NCBI GenBank assembly: GCA_005882895.1
Contig: VBBD01000009.1
Span: forward strand, 7,648-71,647
Reading direction: 5' to 3'
DNA length: 64,000 nt
Origin: Candidatus Bathyarchaeota archaeon
Lineage (GTDB): Archaea; Thermoproteota; Bathyarchaeia; 40CM-2-53-6
Shown: positions 47,885 to 57,840 of the stretch, one piece after another
Layout of the letters: every line of letters begins with the position of its first letter
How positions within the stretch are numbered: the stretch's first letter is position 1
Notes under the pieces: model-generated
What the model saw: the letters and a program-made list of their open reading frames with translations, nothing else
What the model was told of the DNA's origin: nothing
Database searches by the model: none
Made by a program: the position numbers and the translations under genes

Positions 47885-48664
47885 TCAGGATCCGGTGGTA
47901 TAGAGGAATATCTTGCCTACAATCTTCTCTCCTGCTTTTGAGGCGTGGCTGGATGATGCTATGTTGGACTCCGATATCTCGTTGATTAGGGTGTGGACAT
48001 GCCTTGATTTGAGATAGATGAGCCTAGCTTGCAGATTGTCTCTCATTATGCCCATTCTCCTGAATTGTGGTTCAACGTAGAGGCCGTGGGACCTTGCCAT
48101 TCCGTCTACAATAGTCATCCATGCCATCCCAACGATCTTATTTGCTATTCTGACAACGAAGCATTTTTCCCCATTTCTTAGGGCAACGCTGATCCATTTC
48201 CTATTTGTCTCAGGCTGCGTGAGGGTCATGAAGCGTTCTATTTCTTCGACATTATGATTCATGCTGACATCGTGTTTGAATCTGTGATTCAGAGGAGCCT
48301 TGTCTACGTCGAGTTGCCAGATGTTCCAGATTTCCTTCGGATGCTCGGCTGCCTCATACTCTGAGAAGATGTAACTGGAAGGCTTTAACGGATAGAAGTG
48401 GTCGAATACTTCCCTGGATTTTGTAAAGATGGTTCCCGATGCTTCATAGCCATCGTATATGAACAGGCCATTCTTGAGTCCCTCGGGACTCTCGTAGACG
48501 TAGACTTCCCCGTCGGCTTCGAGAGCCTCTTTGGCCTCGTGATGGAGGATTGGGTCAAAGAAGGATAGGCCCTTCGGTAGATCACCTAATTGCGCTATGG
48601 ATTTTACCTCTGACATCAGAGGGCTGCTGCTGTTTTTCACTAGTCTCTTCCCAACGTCATGCAA
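47885..48664 (-). CDS. GNAT-domain protein
   Basis: C-terminal GLYVEPQFRRMGI and NIAS motifs. Confidence 0.8.
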   Translation of the reverse strand: MHDVGKRLVKNSSSPLMSEVKSIAQLGDLPKGLSFFDPILHHEAKEALEADGEVYVYESPEGLKNGLFIYDGYEASGTIFTKSREVFDHFYPLKPSSYIFSEYEAAEHPKEIWNIWQLDVDKAPLNHRFKHDVSMNHNVEEIERFMTLTQPETNRKWISVALRNGEKCFVVRIANKIVGMAWMTIVDGMARSHGLYVEPQFRRMGIMRDNLQARLIYLKSRHVHTLINEISESNIASSSHASKAGEKIVGKIFLYTTGS

Positions 48665-48706
48665 TTTTCATTTGCTATCATCGTGTTGCGTAGATGCGTC
48701 ATGAGT

Positions 48707-49897
48707 CTACCAATCAAGGATCGTGAATGTCTTGGTTAGTTTCTCTTCTCCAAGGATGTTGCCTATGACCAGTTCAAGGCTGTCTCGGCTGCGGTGGAGG
48801 TCTACAACCTCATCATCTTTCAGAGCATCCTTCAGGAGGTACTCGAACTGGGTCTTACGCTCAGTAATGTTGCCGAACCGCCTGACCCGCTCCCTTTCTA
48901 TCTGTTCATACGCATAGATGAATTCGTACAGAGACCTGTATATCTGATGTTCCATCTTCTCCTCGATGTTGAATTCCAGGTCAGCCCTGTCCCTCCCCCC
49001 AATCGTTATCGCCTGTAGCCCTTCCAGGTCCGCCCAGAAGATTGTACCGTCTGGAGCCAGTACCGCATCCTTGTCGAGCCACACATCGTAAAAGTCCAAT
49101 CCACTGTATGTTCCATTGCCATTGTCGCTCATAGACCTAACGAACAAGGTGAGGATAGCAATTCCGCTCTTGACGAAGTTCTTCAGGAAGCACATCGCTT
49201 TGTCGTTTTCGTTGATGCGGAAGAAGTCAAAGAGTTCCCCGGTATTGTTCCCGATGGTCCAGTCTGATTGGAAGTAGATCCTGATGTTGGACGGGATTAG
49301 CCTTGTCTCCTGAACCATTGCTTGCCTGAACCTCCTGTACCAATACACCTGGGTGACCTCTTTTTGGAGGGCTTCTGGCAGCTTGACAATCTTCACCAAT
49401 GGCGCAATCCTGAACCCGTGAATGGATGTGGTGCCAGGATCCGACATCTCGGTTGCCTTCATGGCAATTGAAGCAAATTCCAACCCTTGGGATCCATAGG
49501 GGCATCCCCTCGACCATAACTCCCCCGTAAGATACCTCGGGAATTTCATCTCTTTCTCCTCGGCATTTGTGATCCTTTTCTTCGTGGGACCGCTCTTGAG
49601 GAGGCTGCAAATCTCCTCCTTCTTGAGGAGCTGACGGCTGAACGGGCTCGTTGTCGACCCTATTCCCTTGACTGAGAAATAGAAATCGGTTCCGTCAATT
49701 GTCATGTAGGGCTGTCTAGCAACGGCGCTCCTGTTGTCATCTATCAAGAGCTCTTTGGTTCCTATCGGGTCCACGTTAGAGAACGGCTTTACACTATCAG
49801 GGAGGTATATCCTCTCGAAGTCCGGCATCGGAAAACGTCTGAAGTACTTGTTTGTGATCGTCGAAGATCCGTCGTAGACATTGAGATTGATGGGCAT
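48707..49897 (-). CDS. Hypothetical protein with kinase/SelO-like motifs
   Basis: FSVKGIGSTTSPFSR, PYGSQG, RIAPLV, DKDAVLAPDGTIFWADLE. Confidence 0.7.
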   Translation of the reverse strand: MPINLNVYDGSSTITNKYFRRFPMPDFERIYLPDSVKPFSNVDPIGTKELLIDDNRSAVARQPYMTIDGTDFYFSVKGIGSTTSPFSRQLLKKEEICSLLKSGPTKKRITNAEEKEMKFPRYLTGELWSRGCPYGSQGLEFASIAMKATEMSDPGTTSIHGFRIAPLVKIVKLPEALQKEVTQVYWYRRFRQAMVQETRLIPSNIRIYFQSDWTIGNNTGELFDFFRINENDKAMCFLKNFVKSGIAILTLFVRSMSDNGNGTYSGLDFYDVWLDKDAVLAPDGTIFWADLEGLQAITIGGRDRADLEFNIEEKMEHQIYRSLYEFIYAYEQIERERVRRFGNITERKTQFEYLLKDALKDDEVVDLHRSRDSLELVIGNILGEEKLTKTFTILDW

Positions 49898-49964
49898 CCC
49901 TCTAAGGGTGATCGGCGCTGGCTTGGTGATTGCTAATGTCAGAGCTTTTTCCCGCGCTTGAATA

Positions 49965-51020
49965 CTACCGTCTGGGCCCTCCGCAGTATGGGCAAGTATC
50001 TAGCGTGGTTGGAATGAGAGTTCCACAGTACTTGCAGTTCACCTTGGCCACGTCCCTTATCACGACCTGAGGAGGTGGCTTTGAGCCTAGGTCTATTGCA
50101 GATTCCAGAGGCGTTGAAAGCGGTGCTCTGGGGAGGGTGGCTGGACCTAGTGGGTGCTCGGGAATAGTGTCCATGCGTCTCCTTCGTCTTGAAGCATAGA
50201 CTACTATCACCACAGCGAATAGGACAGCTATCAACGCCAAGATGAGGTACGGGGCTAACGCCAAGAGAGTATCAATGGGATTCACAGGGGGAGGATTTGC
50301 TGGTGCCAGATTGTAGCTAGTTGAGGTGACGTAGAGATTATCGGTGTAAGTGAAGCTCCCGGCCTGCCCTTGGTACGAGCCGTTATCCTGCTCGACGTAG
50401 CTGTAGCCTATGATGTATCCGGTTGATGGGTCGAAGTATTCGTACCAGGTGTAGGATGCTGTGAAGAGGCCGTAGGAGTCGTTCCGCTGGTATTGACCCG
50501 TCCCTTTGGTTTGGATGCTCTGAACGTACTTGTTACCTTCCGTGGGTAACTGCAGACTGTAATTCATCGACAACACTGTGAATTGAGTGTTGAGAACATA
50601 GAAGGTGCCCCCGACTGGAAGCGAGGGGTTCATGCCAAACCAAACGTAAATGGGGTTTGTGTAGCCCACCTGATGATCGGTTCCTTTTACGTACGTGAAG
50701 CTGCTTGTTGACCATGTATAACTGCCAGAAGACGAATTCGAGAAAGACAACCCCTGGTTGTTGCTGAACTGTGACGAATAGCTATAGGTGGTTGATACAT
50801 TGCTCCCGCTAATAGAGTTCATCTTCTCCGTCCCCGTTGTCTGGGTTTGGTCCGTGTAGCCGGAGTACGAGTTCTGACCGTTGTTCACAGTCGTCGTTTC
50901 AGAATAGTTGAAGAAGTCGCCGCTCTGCGGTGCGTACGCGGAAACCGAGTTCGCATTCGCTGCAACTGCAAGTGCTATCAGCATTATTGACAGCGCTACG
51001 GCGAAGACTTTGTGGTTCAA
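49965..51020 (-). CDS. Secreted beta-rich protein with TM anchor and cytoplasmic Zn ribbon
   Basis: Signal peptide, S/T/Y-rich domain, TM followed by RRRRR, terminal CKYC...CPYC. Confidence 0.85.
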   Translation of the reverse strand: MNHKVFAVALSIMLIALAVAANANSVSAYAPQSGDFFNYSETTTVNNGQNSYSGYTDQTQTTGTEKMNSISGSNVSTTYSYSSQFSNNQGLSFSNSSSGSYTWSTSSFTYVKGTDHQVGYTNPIYVWFGMNPSLPVGGTFYVLNTQFTVLSMNYSLQLPTEGNKYVQSIQTKGTGQYQRNDSYGLFTASYTWYEYFDPSTGYIIGYSYVEQDNGSYQGQAGSFTYTDNLYVTSTSYNLAPANPPPVNPIDTLLALAPYLILALIAVLFAVVIVVYASRRRRRMDTIPEHPLGPATLPRAPLSTPLESAIDLGSKPPPQVVIRDVAKVNCKYCGTLIPTTLDTCPYCGGPRR

Positions 51021-52594
51021 CCTGCGAATCCTCCTACGCCGTGGCTGTGAGCTGGATGGAATCCTCCCATCCCACTGAAGGTTGAATGATAGGATCCGTG
51101 GGCTATGATTACCGGGTAGTACCAGAAAAAGAGTGGATGTGGTCCGTACGTGAACTGCACTGGGGTTTCCGTGATCTTGGCTGTGGGGTCAATCTCCTTT
51201 ACTATCTCGTTTCGAACTCCATGGATCATTCTTACTGCTATGGCTACCAATTCGGACCTTTCTAGGCCTGTAGCATAGCCGTTGAGCAGCGTAACTGCCT
51301 TCTCCATTAGGTCGAGGACCTCATGCGCCTCGAACACGGGTATGGAAGCGAGAATCGCGGCTGCGACTATTGGATACTGTAAGTAGTTCTGCAGCTGTTC
51401 AATGACATACTTCAGCTTCTCTTCCACTTCGTCTGGATTTAGTTCCCCGATTCCCAGGAAGGCCGAAGAGATCTCCGTGTCCTCTGAAGTCGTGTATCCC
51501 CAGGAGTTGAACAACGACCTGAACTGCTGGAATTTGGAACTCAATCCGTCGATTGGAACATTCATGATGGCCAGTATCGAAGCAGCTTCGCTTGATTTGG
51601 TCAGATGTTTAAACTGGGAAAATCGGCCGATGGGATAGGTTCCGTCGAACCTTCGGCCTGCCATGATGGTAGCGGCAACTCCAGCGGATTGTTCTTTCGG
51701 AACACCTTGGTGCCTCAGCTGTTCGTCTAGATTCCTTAGAGTAGCTCCAAGGATTTGGACGTCCTGACTGCTCAGTGCGGCCATGATTTCAGCGGCCATG
51801 AGCTTGTTGGGAAGTGTGGAGTCGAACGTCCGAAGAGCCGACAGGGCCTCAATGAATCTTTGACCTATTTGGGTAGTATTTCCTTGGAGTTTGGCTAGTC
51901 CTATTCCTGTGCTCCATAACAATGATCGGGCTTCAGCCCCATTACCACTATCGCCGTTTTCTGAGTTCTCCAGATCTTCTATCTCAGGAACTTGAGGTCT
52001 GACCCAGCTCACGTATGCAGCAGTCTTGTCGGCTATAGATCGCAACTCTGCGTAGGTTGCCTTGATCTCTGCTGTGAAATCAGGAAACTCGTGGTCGGCT
52101 ACCCTATAGCTCCTGACGCTGAGGTCGTTGAACACAAGTGTTCCGAGACCGGTAAGAGACAGGTATCCTCCATCGTACGCTACCATTCGATCAACCATGG
52201 ACTTCTCCTGGATAAGTTCGTTCACTTTTGCCTCCATCGATATTAGCGCGGATTCCTCGCTGGAAACCGCGGCCGTTTCTTCATGGATCCTTTCCCGCAG
52301 CTCGTCCTCTTTCTCCTTTCCTTCAAGATGGAATAGGAACGAGTGTTCTTTTCGTAGATCCTGTTGTAGGGCTGCTTGAGCTTGCGCCTTTCTAGTCTTC
52401 TCAGTGTCTATCTGTGTGATTATCTGGGACAGTCTGGCAACATCGTTAGCTCTTTTTTCGTAATCATCCTTGGTTACCGTCAGAACGTAGCCGTTTGCCG
52501 ACAAGTATTCTAAATCAGCTGGCGGAACAGGAGTGATGGGTTCTGCCCTGTCATATAACTGGGATAGAAATATCCTGACTTCGGTACACTTCAT
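51017..52594 (-). CDS. Hypothetical coiled-coil/helical-repeat protein with Gly/His-rich tail (ORF track start 52714; ATG 52594 preferred)
   Basis: Coiled coil, Ala-rich helical repeats, tail FWYYPVIIAHGSYH...HPAHSHGVGGFAG; 4-nt overlap with the next gene. Confidence 0.8.
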   Translation of the reverse strand: MKCTEVRIFLSQLYDRAEPITPVPPADLEYLSANGYVLTVTKDDYEKRANDVARLSQIITQIDTEKTRKAQAQAALQQDLRKEHSFLFHLEGKEKEDELRERIHEETAAVSSEESALISMEAKVNELIQEKSMVDRMVAYDGGYLSLTGLGTLVFNDLSVRSYRVADHEFPDFTAEIKATYAELRSIADKTAAYVSWVRPQVPEIEDLENSENGDSGNGAEARSLLWSTGIGLAKLQGNTTQIGQRFIEALSALRTFDSTLPNKLMAAEIMAALSSQDVQILGATLRNLDEQLRHQGVPKEQSAGVAATIMAGRRFDGTYPIGRFSQFKHLTKSSEAASILAIMNVPIDGLSSKFQQFRSLFNSWGYTTSEDTEISSAFLGIGELNPDEVEEKLKYVIEQLQNYLQYPIVAAAILASIPVFEAHEVLDLMEKAVTLLNGYATGLERSELVAIAVRMIHGVRNEIVKEIDPTAKITETPVQFTYGPHPLFFWYYPVIIAHGSYHSTFSGMGGFHPAHSHGVGGFAG

Positions 52595-53634
52595 GATACG
52601 AGCTAGCGATGCGCGAAGCCCTGAGGTCCTTAAGTGATTTGCTGTGTAGGCGAATCTCTCCCGTGCCCATTCGATCCTAGTGCGAGGGTTTAGAAACCAT
52701 TTGTTACTGCCCAAAAAAATCTAGGATCGGGAGTCCAGTCTTCCCCCACAAAATCACTCCGGGGTACCTTGCCAATCCTTCCTTGGTCGAGATTAGGCAT
52801 GTTTTTTCTTCTGTAGTTTTTCCTTCTGCTTAACTATTTTTTTCCGTTAACTAAATCATGACCCCCCCGGGGGTCTGTTTTTCCCGCGCCACGCCCTTCG
52901 TGAAACGCAGAGGACGCCACGTTCACCGGTCGCCGCCGGGCCGGTCATCCTTTGTGGACCGAACCAGTCGTGGAAAACGCCCCATTTTCAGCCCTGATCT
53001 CGAGTCTGAGAGATGCCGAAAATTTTCGTTCGGAAACCGCCCGACAATTAAGCGTCTTGTTCGAGAACGAGGTCAAGCCCAGATCATGCCCTGATCACCC
53101 CGTCTCGCCCGTTATTGGTGCCAGACAGGACATTTTCTCTGGCAAAGGGGGGGTCTTAGCGATCGCGACTCATGACACAAGAGTGGTCGAGGGGAGAATT
53201 CCGAGACCGAAATCGCCCATTACCAGCCCGAATCCCAAATCCAAGCCCGCGATTTCCAGACTATACAATTCCACGCTTATCCCTAGGGGAATACACAGGG
53301 ATCGAAAACAGTCAGTCAAGCCCATAACGCGCCTGTCTCAAAGAAACAAGCCCGAAAACATACGCGGCCAAAAAGAGGATCCTGAAAACAAATTCGTATA
53401 ACTTGTGCAGAAGCCTTGTCCGCGAGAGTGGCTTATCCGAGAATCCCGTGGCCCGGTGCGTTGCAAAAGGCCGTTTCGGATCGTCAGTAGAACGCGGAAC
53501 TGTTACCCCTTCCCACCGCCAATTCACTAGCGCTAGCAGCGAGCATTCTGCCCCAAGCCAGGATCTCCAGCTTGTGCGGAGCCGTGTAAAGCGGGGCAAG
53601 AATATTTAGGGCCTCTTCAACCCCGGAAAGTGTC

Positions 53635-54021
53635 ATGAAGATCAAACTAACGAGCGTATTCGTTAACGACCAGAACAAAGCGCTTGACTTCTACACGAAG
53701 ACCCTGGGTTTCGTCAAGAAAACGGATATCAGCGCGGGCAACTACAGATGGCTAACAGTCGTCTCAGCAGAAGAGCCGAACGGGTCCCAGCTTGTTCTCG
53801 AGCCAAACGCCAACCCCGCCGCAAGAACATACCAGGAATCCATCCTCAAACAAGGCATCCCCGCAACGATGCTCTTCGTCGATGATATCCAGAAAGAGTT
53901 TCAGAGGCTAAAGAAGCTCGGCGTCAAATTCACTATGGAGCCAACAAAAACACCCGGCTCAACCATAGCCCGATTCGACGACACTGTAGGCAATCTGATT
54001 CAGATCACTCAGCTTAGCTAA
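53635..54021 (+). CDS. VOC/glyoxalase family protein
   Basis: SVFVNDQNKALDFYTKTLGF, FDDTVGNLIQI. Confidence 0.93.
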   Translation: MKIKLTSVFVNDQNKALDFYTKTLGFVKKTDISAGNYRWLTVVSAEEPNGSQLVLEPNANPAARTYQESILKQGIPATMLFVDDIQKEFQRLKKLGVKFTMEPTKTPGSTIARFDDTVGNLIQITQLS

Positions 54022-54086
54022 TCGCCCAGCAGACCTCAGCGTGCTGGTTCGCCCAATTCCACAACACTGTAGGCAATCTGATTCAG
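53968..54086 (+). repeat. 36-bp imperfect direct repeat (3' end of VOC gene duplicated)
   Basis: GCCCGATTCGACGACACTGTAGGCAATCTGATTCAG at 53968-54003 versus GCCCAATTCCACAACACTGTAGGCAATCTGATTCAG at 54051-54086 (3 mismatches). Confidence 0.85.
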
Positions 54087-54111
54087 GTGCCCTTGGGCGT
54101 GGCCTTATCAC

Positions 54112-54441
54112 TTAGCGTCCACTGTCGAGCTGTCTCTCTAGCTCAGTAAAGAAAGTATTCACATACCAAGCGGTGGTACCCCAGTGCCACTGGTCGAACC
54201 GTATCGCCGCATGAACTCTCGTGGAATTTTCGTCGATTCTAGTCATGTCGATTCGAAATTTTTCCACGGATGGAAATGACATACCAAACTCGCCAAGTGT
54301 GGTGTTTACAACCACTTCATAGTGCCCTGTAGCTTTGTCTGCCTTCTTGATGCCCCATCGGGCTTGTTCAAAGACTGTGCGAGCGGCATTCCAGACCTTG
54401 TCGAACCCGAAGGGAAGCTCTACAGTTTGTTCCTCGTGCAA
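54112..54441 (-). CDS. Hypothetical protein (alpha/beta)
   Basis: 109 aa, FDKVWNAARTVF...STRVHAAI. Confidence 0.6.
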   Translation of the reverse strand: MHEEQTVELPFGFDKVWNAARTVFEQARWGIKKADKATGHYEVVVNTTLGEFGMSFPSVEKFRIDMTRIDENSTRVHAAIRFDQWHWGTTAWYVNTFFTELERQLDSGR

Positions 54442-54596
54442 CGACTGCTAACGTCTCACCTAAGACTATTAGGGTTCAATTCCTGATTCGAACACTGCAC
54501 TCGCTTGAAGGCCACGAAGGATCTAGTTATTAGCTTGCGCTTGCGAGAAGATTTTAGGGATAGTCGAGAAAGGGGCTTGGTTGGCGTATCCATACT

Positions 54597-55250
54597 TTGA
54601 CGAAGATGACCACTCGAGGTGCGGACTCGAAGAGCGATCTCGCGTCTCCCACGAAGCAAGGCGGACAGCTTAAGGCGCGATTCTCAGTCCGGGAGCTCGG
54701 GTCCGCGACGTGGCCCGACTTTGAGCGAATGGTCGAAAAACACAATGGAGTCTGGGGCGGCTGCTGGTGCACCTTCTTTCACCTCACACCCAGTCTGGCG
54801 AAACAGTGGTCGGGGAAGCACAAGGAATACAAAGAGAAACTCGTCCGAGCAAACCAGTCCCACGCCGCGCTCGTCTACGACGGGACAGACGTTGTCGGGT
54901 GGTGTCAGTTCGGACCCCCTCCCGAGCTTCCCGGCCGAATGAGCGGGTACGACACGATGGATGTGGCTCCGCCCGACTGGAGGACTACCTGCTTCTTCGT
55001 CGACCGCGACCACAGACGCGAGGGGGTGGCTAAGAAAGCGTTGGAAGGAGCACTCGGCTTCATCGCCGCGAGAGGGGGCGGAACGGTCGACGGATACCCC
55101 AAGGCACTTCCACGAGGGAAACCATACTCGAGTTCATTCATCTGGGGCGGAACCGAGTCAATGTACGCCGAGCTAGGATTCCGTCCCCTCGGTGCTCTCG
55201 GCACAAGCAATCGCGTTAAGGTGATGCGAAAAGTTGTTCGTGGTCGATGA
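54597..55250 (+). CDS. GNAT family acetyltransferase
   Basis: GGCWC, VGWCQFGP, CFFVDRDHRREGVA, DGYP. Confidence 0.88.
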   Translation: MTKMTTRGADSKSDLASPTKQGGQLKARFSVRELGSATWPDFERMVEKHNGVWGGCWCTFFHLTPSLAKQWSGKHKEYKEKLVRANQSHAALVYDGTDVVGWCQFGPPPELPGRMSGYDTMDVAPPDWRTTCFFVDRDHRREGVAKKALEGALGFIAARGGGTVDGYPKALPRGKPYSSSFIWGGTESMYAELGFRPLGALGTSNRVKVMRKVVRGR

Positions 55251-55336
55251 AGCCCCCATGGGTGGCTACGTGAACATAACGACGAAATAGCCAGGACAAA
55301 TTCCCTCAGCCATCTGAGGCCGAGGACGAGTTCGGT

Positions 55337-55603
55337 TTATCCGGATTTTTCCTCTGCCTTCAAAGCCATGTCTTGTTTGCGCTCAATCTGTTTCTGTTTA
55401 ATCTCCTCGTAGAGGTTGCACCAGTCACGGCCGGAGACGACGAGCTGGTAGATCTTGAGCTTCGGATGAATGCACATCGCCCTATCAAACAGATCAGCGT
55501 TGAGCGGATCGGTCGTGGCAAACCAGATGCAGGACAGACAATTTTGGCTCTGCCACTGTATGCCCTTCAACCGCTTCTGTAGTTCAGACTCAGGTCCCGA
55601 CAT
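55337..55603 (-). CDS. Small 4-Cys protein with HiPIP-like motif
   Basis: QNCLSCIWF-x-C-x-VVSGRDWCNLY. Confidence 0.7.
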   Translation of the reverse strand: MSGPESELQKRLKGIQWQSQNCLSCIWFATTDPLNADLFDRAMCIHPKLKIYQLVVSGRDWCNLYEEIKQKQIERKQDMALKAEEKSG

Positions 55604-55721
55604 GATGTTTCAGCAAGGAATGAACTCGTGAAAAGTAATTAAGCTCTGAAAGAGAATCGAATTCCATGAAAGACTGAAGTACTAAGTCGTCATTCTGATT
55701 TCTCCAGGGCGTAATAAGACG

Positions 55722-56297
55722 ATGTCGCGGCTGGCAGCGACCCTCTTCATATCGTTAGATGGTGTAGTCGAGTCGCCGGAAAAGTGGTCGTTTCCGTACT
55801 GGAACGATGAGATTGGAAAATTCAAGCACGACGAGACCTTCTCCTCAGACGCCCTCCTCTTGGGACGTGTGACATACGAGGGTTTTGCCGCCTCATGGCC
55901 CAGCCGCAAGGACCCCGAAGGGTTCGCAGACCGATTCAATAGCATGCCCAAGCACGTTGCCACCAGGACCCTGAGAAAACTCGAATGGAACAACTCGCAC
56001 GTGCTCAAGGGTGATATTGCAGCCGAGGTCTCAAAGCTAAAACAACAAACCGGCAAGGACATCGTCATTCACGGCTCCCCAGCCCTCATCCGCTCTCTGA
56101 TGCCGCACCACCTCATCGACGAATACAGGCTCCTTGTCTACCCTATCATCCTTGGGCACGGAAAACGCCTCTTTGACGAAACCAGCCAAGCCAATCTCAA
56201 GCTTGTCGAGTCGAAAACGTACGACACCGGAGTCGTCAAATTAGTCTACCACCGCGCGAGCAAGCCAGAAACAGAGACTGTTGCCAAGCTGAAGTAA
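55722..56297 (+). CDS. Dihydrofolate reductase/RibD C-terminal family protein
   Basis: ISLDGVV, LLGRVTY, LIDEYRLLVYPIILGHGKRLF. Confidence 0.92.
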   Translation: MSRLAATLFISLDGVVESPEKWSFPYWNDEIGKFKHDETFSSDALLLGRVTYEGFAASWPSRKDPEGFADRFNSMPKHVATRTLRKLEWNNSHVLKGDIAAEVSKLKQQTGKDIVIHGSPALIRSLMPHHLIDEYRLLVYPIILGHGKRLFDETSQANLKLVESKTYDTGVVKLVYHRASKPETETVAKLK

Positions 56298-56652
56298 GGA
56301 AGCTCGGAATCCTCCTAGGCCAAGAATGGGCCACACTGTAAACCATGGCGGAGCCTATGACGTATCTTCTCCGTTTGAGCATTGGGCGCTTTACAGGCTT
56401 CTCGCCAAACACTTCTGTCTAGAGCAGCCTTCTTGCTATGGAGATACTCCCTAGTCGGCCATCAATCTGAGATTGTAGCGCTGACCAATTATTGCATCGG
56501 AGACTTTCTGATCGTTTCTTCTGCTCGGACACTCTGATAGCAAGTAGGATCGGAGCGGTTCCCGTTGTCAGAAGATGGAGGCTAAGCAGGGACTCGCCTT
56601 GGTTCAAGGAAGGCTATTTTAGTGAAGGGTCGCCTCTTGGTCCTAGATTTAG

Positions 56653-57837
56653 TTGCGTAGGCCGCGTAGGGTCAAGCCGCTGGCTACAATAATCTCCGCG
56701 GGCCTCTCCAAATTCGGACGACGAGAAGGCGTCTACGCCCGGGAGCTATTCGCCGAAGCAGCTCTAGAAGCTTTTCACAGAGTCGAGAAGCTAGACCCTG
56801 GCAAGGATATCAAAGCCGCATTCATCGGACAAATGAGCGAGGCCTACGAGCATCAAGCGCACGACGCCCCGATAGCCGCAAGCTGGGCAGGTCTCTTGCC
56901 TGCACCTGCAACAAGGATCGAAAACGCCTGCGCCTCCTCAGGATCGGCGCTTCGCTGTGGCATAATGGCGATCAAGTCGGGACTGTATGATATCGTATTA
57001 GTTGGGGGCGTTGAAAAGATGACGAATCAGCCTACGCCGGAAGTTACAGGCATACTCGCGACTGCTTCTGATTACCCGTTTGAACAATGGAACGGCATGA
57101 CGTTCCCTGGTCTCTTCGCCCTCATGGCTACAGTGCATATGCATGATTACGGAACGACCGAGGAACAGATGGCTGCGGTGGCGGTCAAGAACCACAAGAA
57201 TGGCGCCCTGAATCCCAAGGCGCACATGCAGAAAGAAGTGTCTCTTGATGAGGTCATGAAATCTCGCATGGTCGCCTGGCCTCTCAAATTGTACGATTGC
57301 TCCCTCATAACAGACGGAGCCAGCTGTCTCATTCTGACTTCACCCAAACTCGCAAAGAAGCTGAGCGACAATTACGTTCACATTATCGGTTCGGGACAGT
57401 CCCAGGACACCTTCTGTCTTCACGAGCGCGATAGCCTCACGACCATCAACGCCGCAAAACAAGCGGCGCAAGAGGCTTACAAGATGGCTGATGTCAAGGC
57501 GAAGGATATCGACGTTGCAGAGGTCCACGATTGTTTCACTATAGCAGAGATAATTGCTTGTGAGGACTTGGGTTTCTGTCGGCCCGGCCAAGGAGGCAAG
57601 TTCGTCGAGAGCGGCGCTTCAAATATCGGTGGCGCCATTCCGATAAACACCAGCGGTGGGCTCAAATCGAAAGGGCATCCCGTAGGCGCCACGGGAACAG
57701 CGCAGGTCCATGAGCTATTCCTACAACTAACGGGACAGGCTGACCGAAGACAGGTTGCGGACGCCGAGATTGCTCTCGCCCATAATCTGGGCGGATCCGG
57801 CGCGACTGGGGTGGTTCACATCTTGAGGGGCGCTTGA
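56653..57837 (+). CDS. Archaeal thiolase (acetyl-CoA C-acyltransferase, SCP2-type)
   Basis: ENACASS, EVHDCF, GGLKSKGHPVGATG, HNLGG. Confidence 0.95.
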   Translation: MRRPRRVKPLATIISAGLSKFGRREGVYARELFAEAALEAFHRVEKLDPGKDIKAAFIGQMSEAYEHQAHDAPIAASWAGLLPAPATRIENACASSGSALRCGIMAIKSGLYDIVLVGGVEKMTNQPTPEVTGILATASDYPFEQWNGMTFPGLFALMATVHMHDYGTTEEQMAAVAVKNHKNGALNPKAHMQKEVSLDEVMKSRMVAWPLKLYDCSLITDGASCLILTSPKLAKKLSDNYVHIIGSGQSQDTFCLHERDSLTTINAAKQAAQEAYKMADVKAKDIDVAEVHDCFTIAEIIACEDLGFCRPGQGGKFVESGASNIGGAIPINTSGGLKSKGHPVGATGTAQVHELFLQLTGQADRRQVADAEIALAHNLGGSGATGVVHILRGA

Positions 57838-57840
57838 GGA

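Noticed and set aside
52952-53401. 149-aa ORF in the intergenic region
   Set aside because: No motif, Pro/Arg/Ser-rich, overlapped by equally unconvincing ORFs.
53968-54086. Two 36-bp repeats with a 47-bp gap as a CRISPR mini-array
   Set aside because: Only two copies, the first lies inside a coding sequence, and there are no cas genes or leader.
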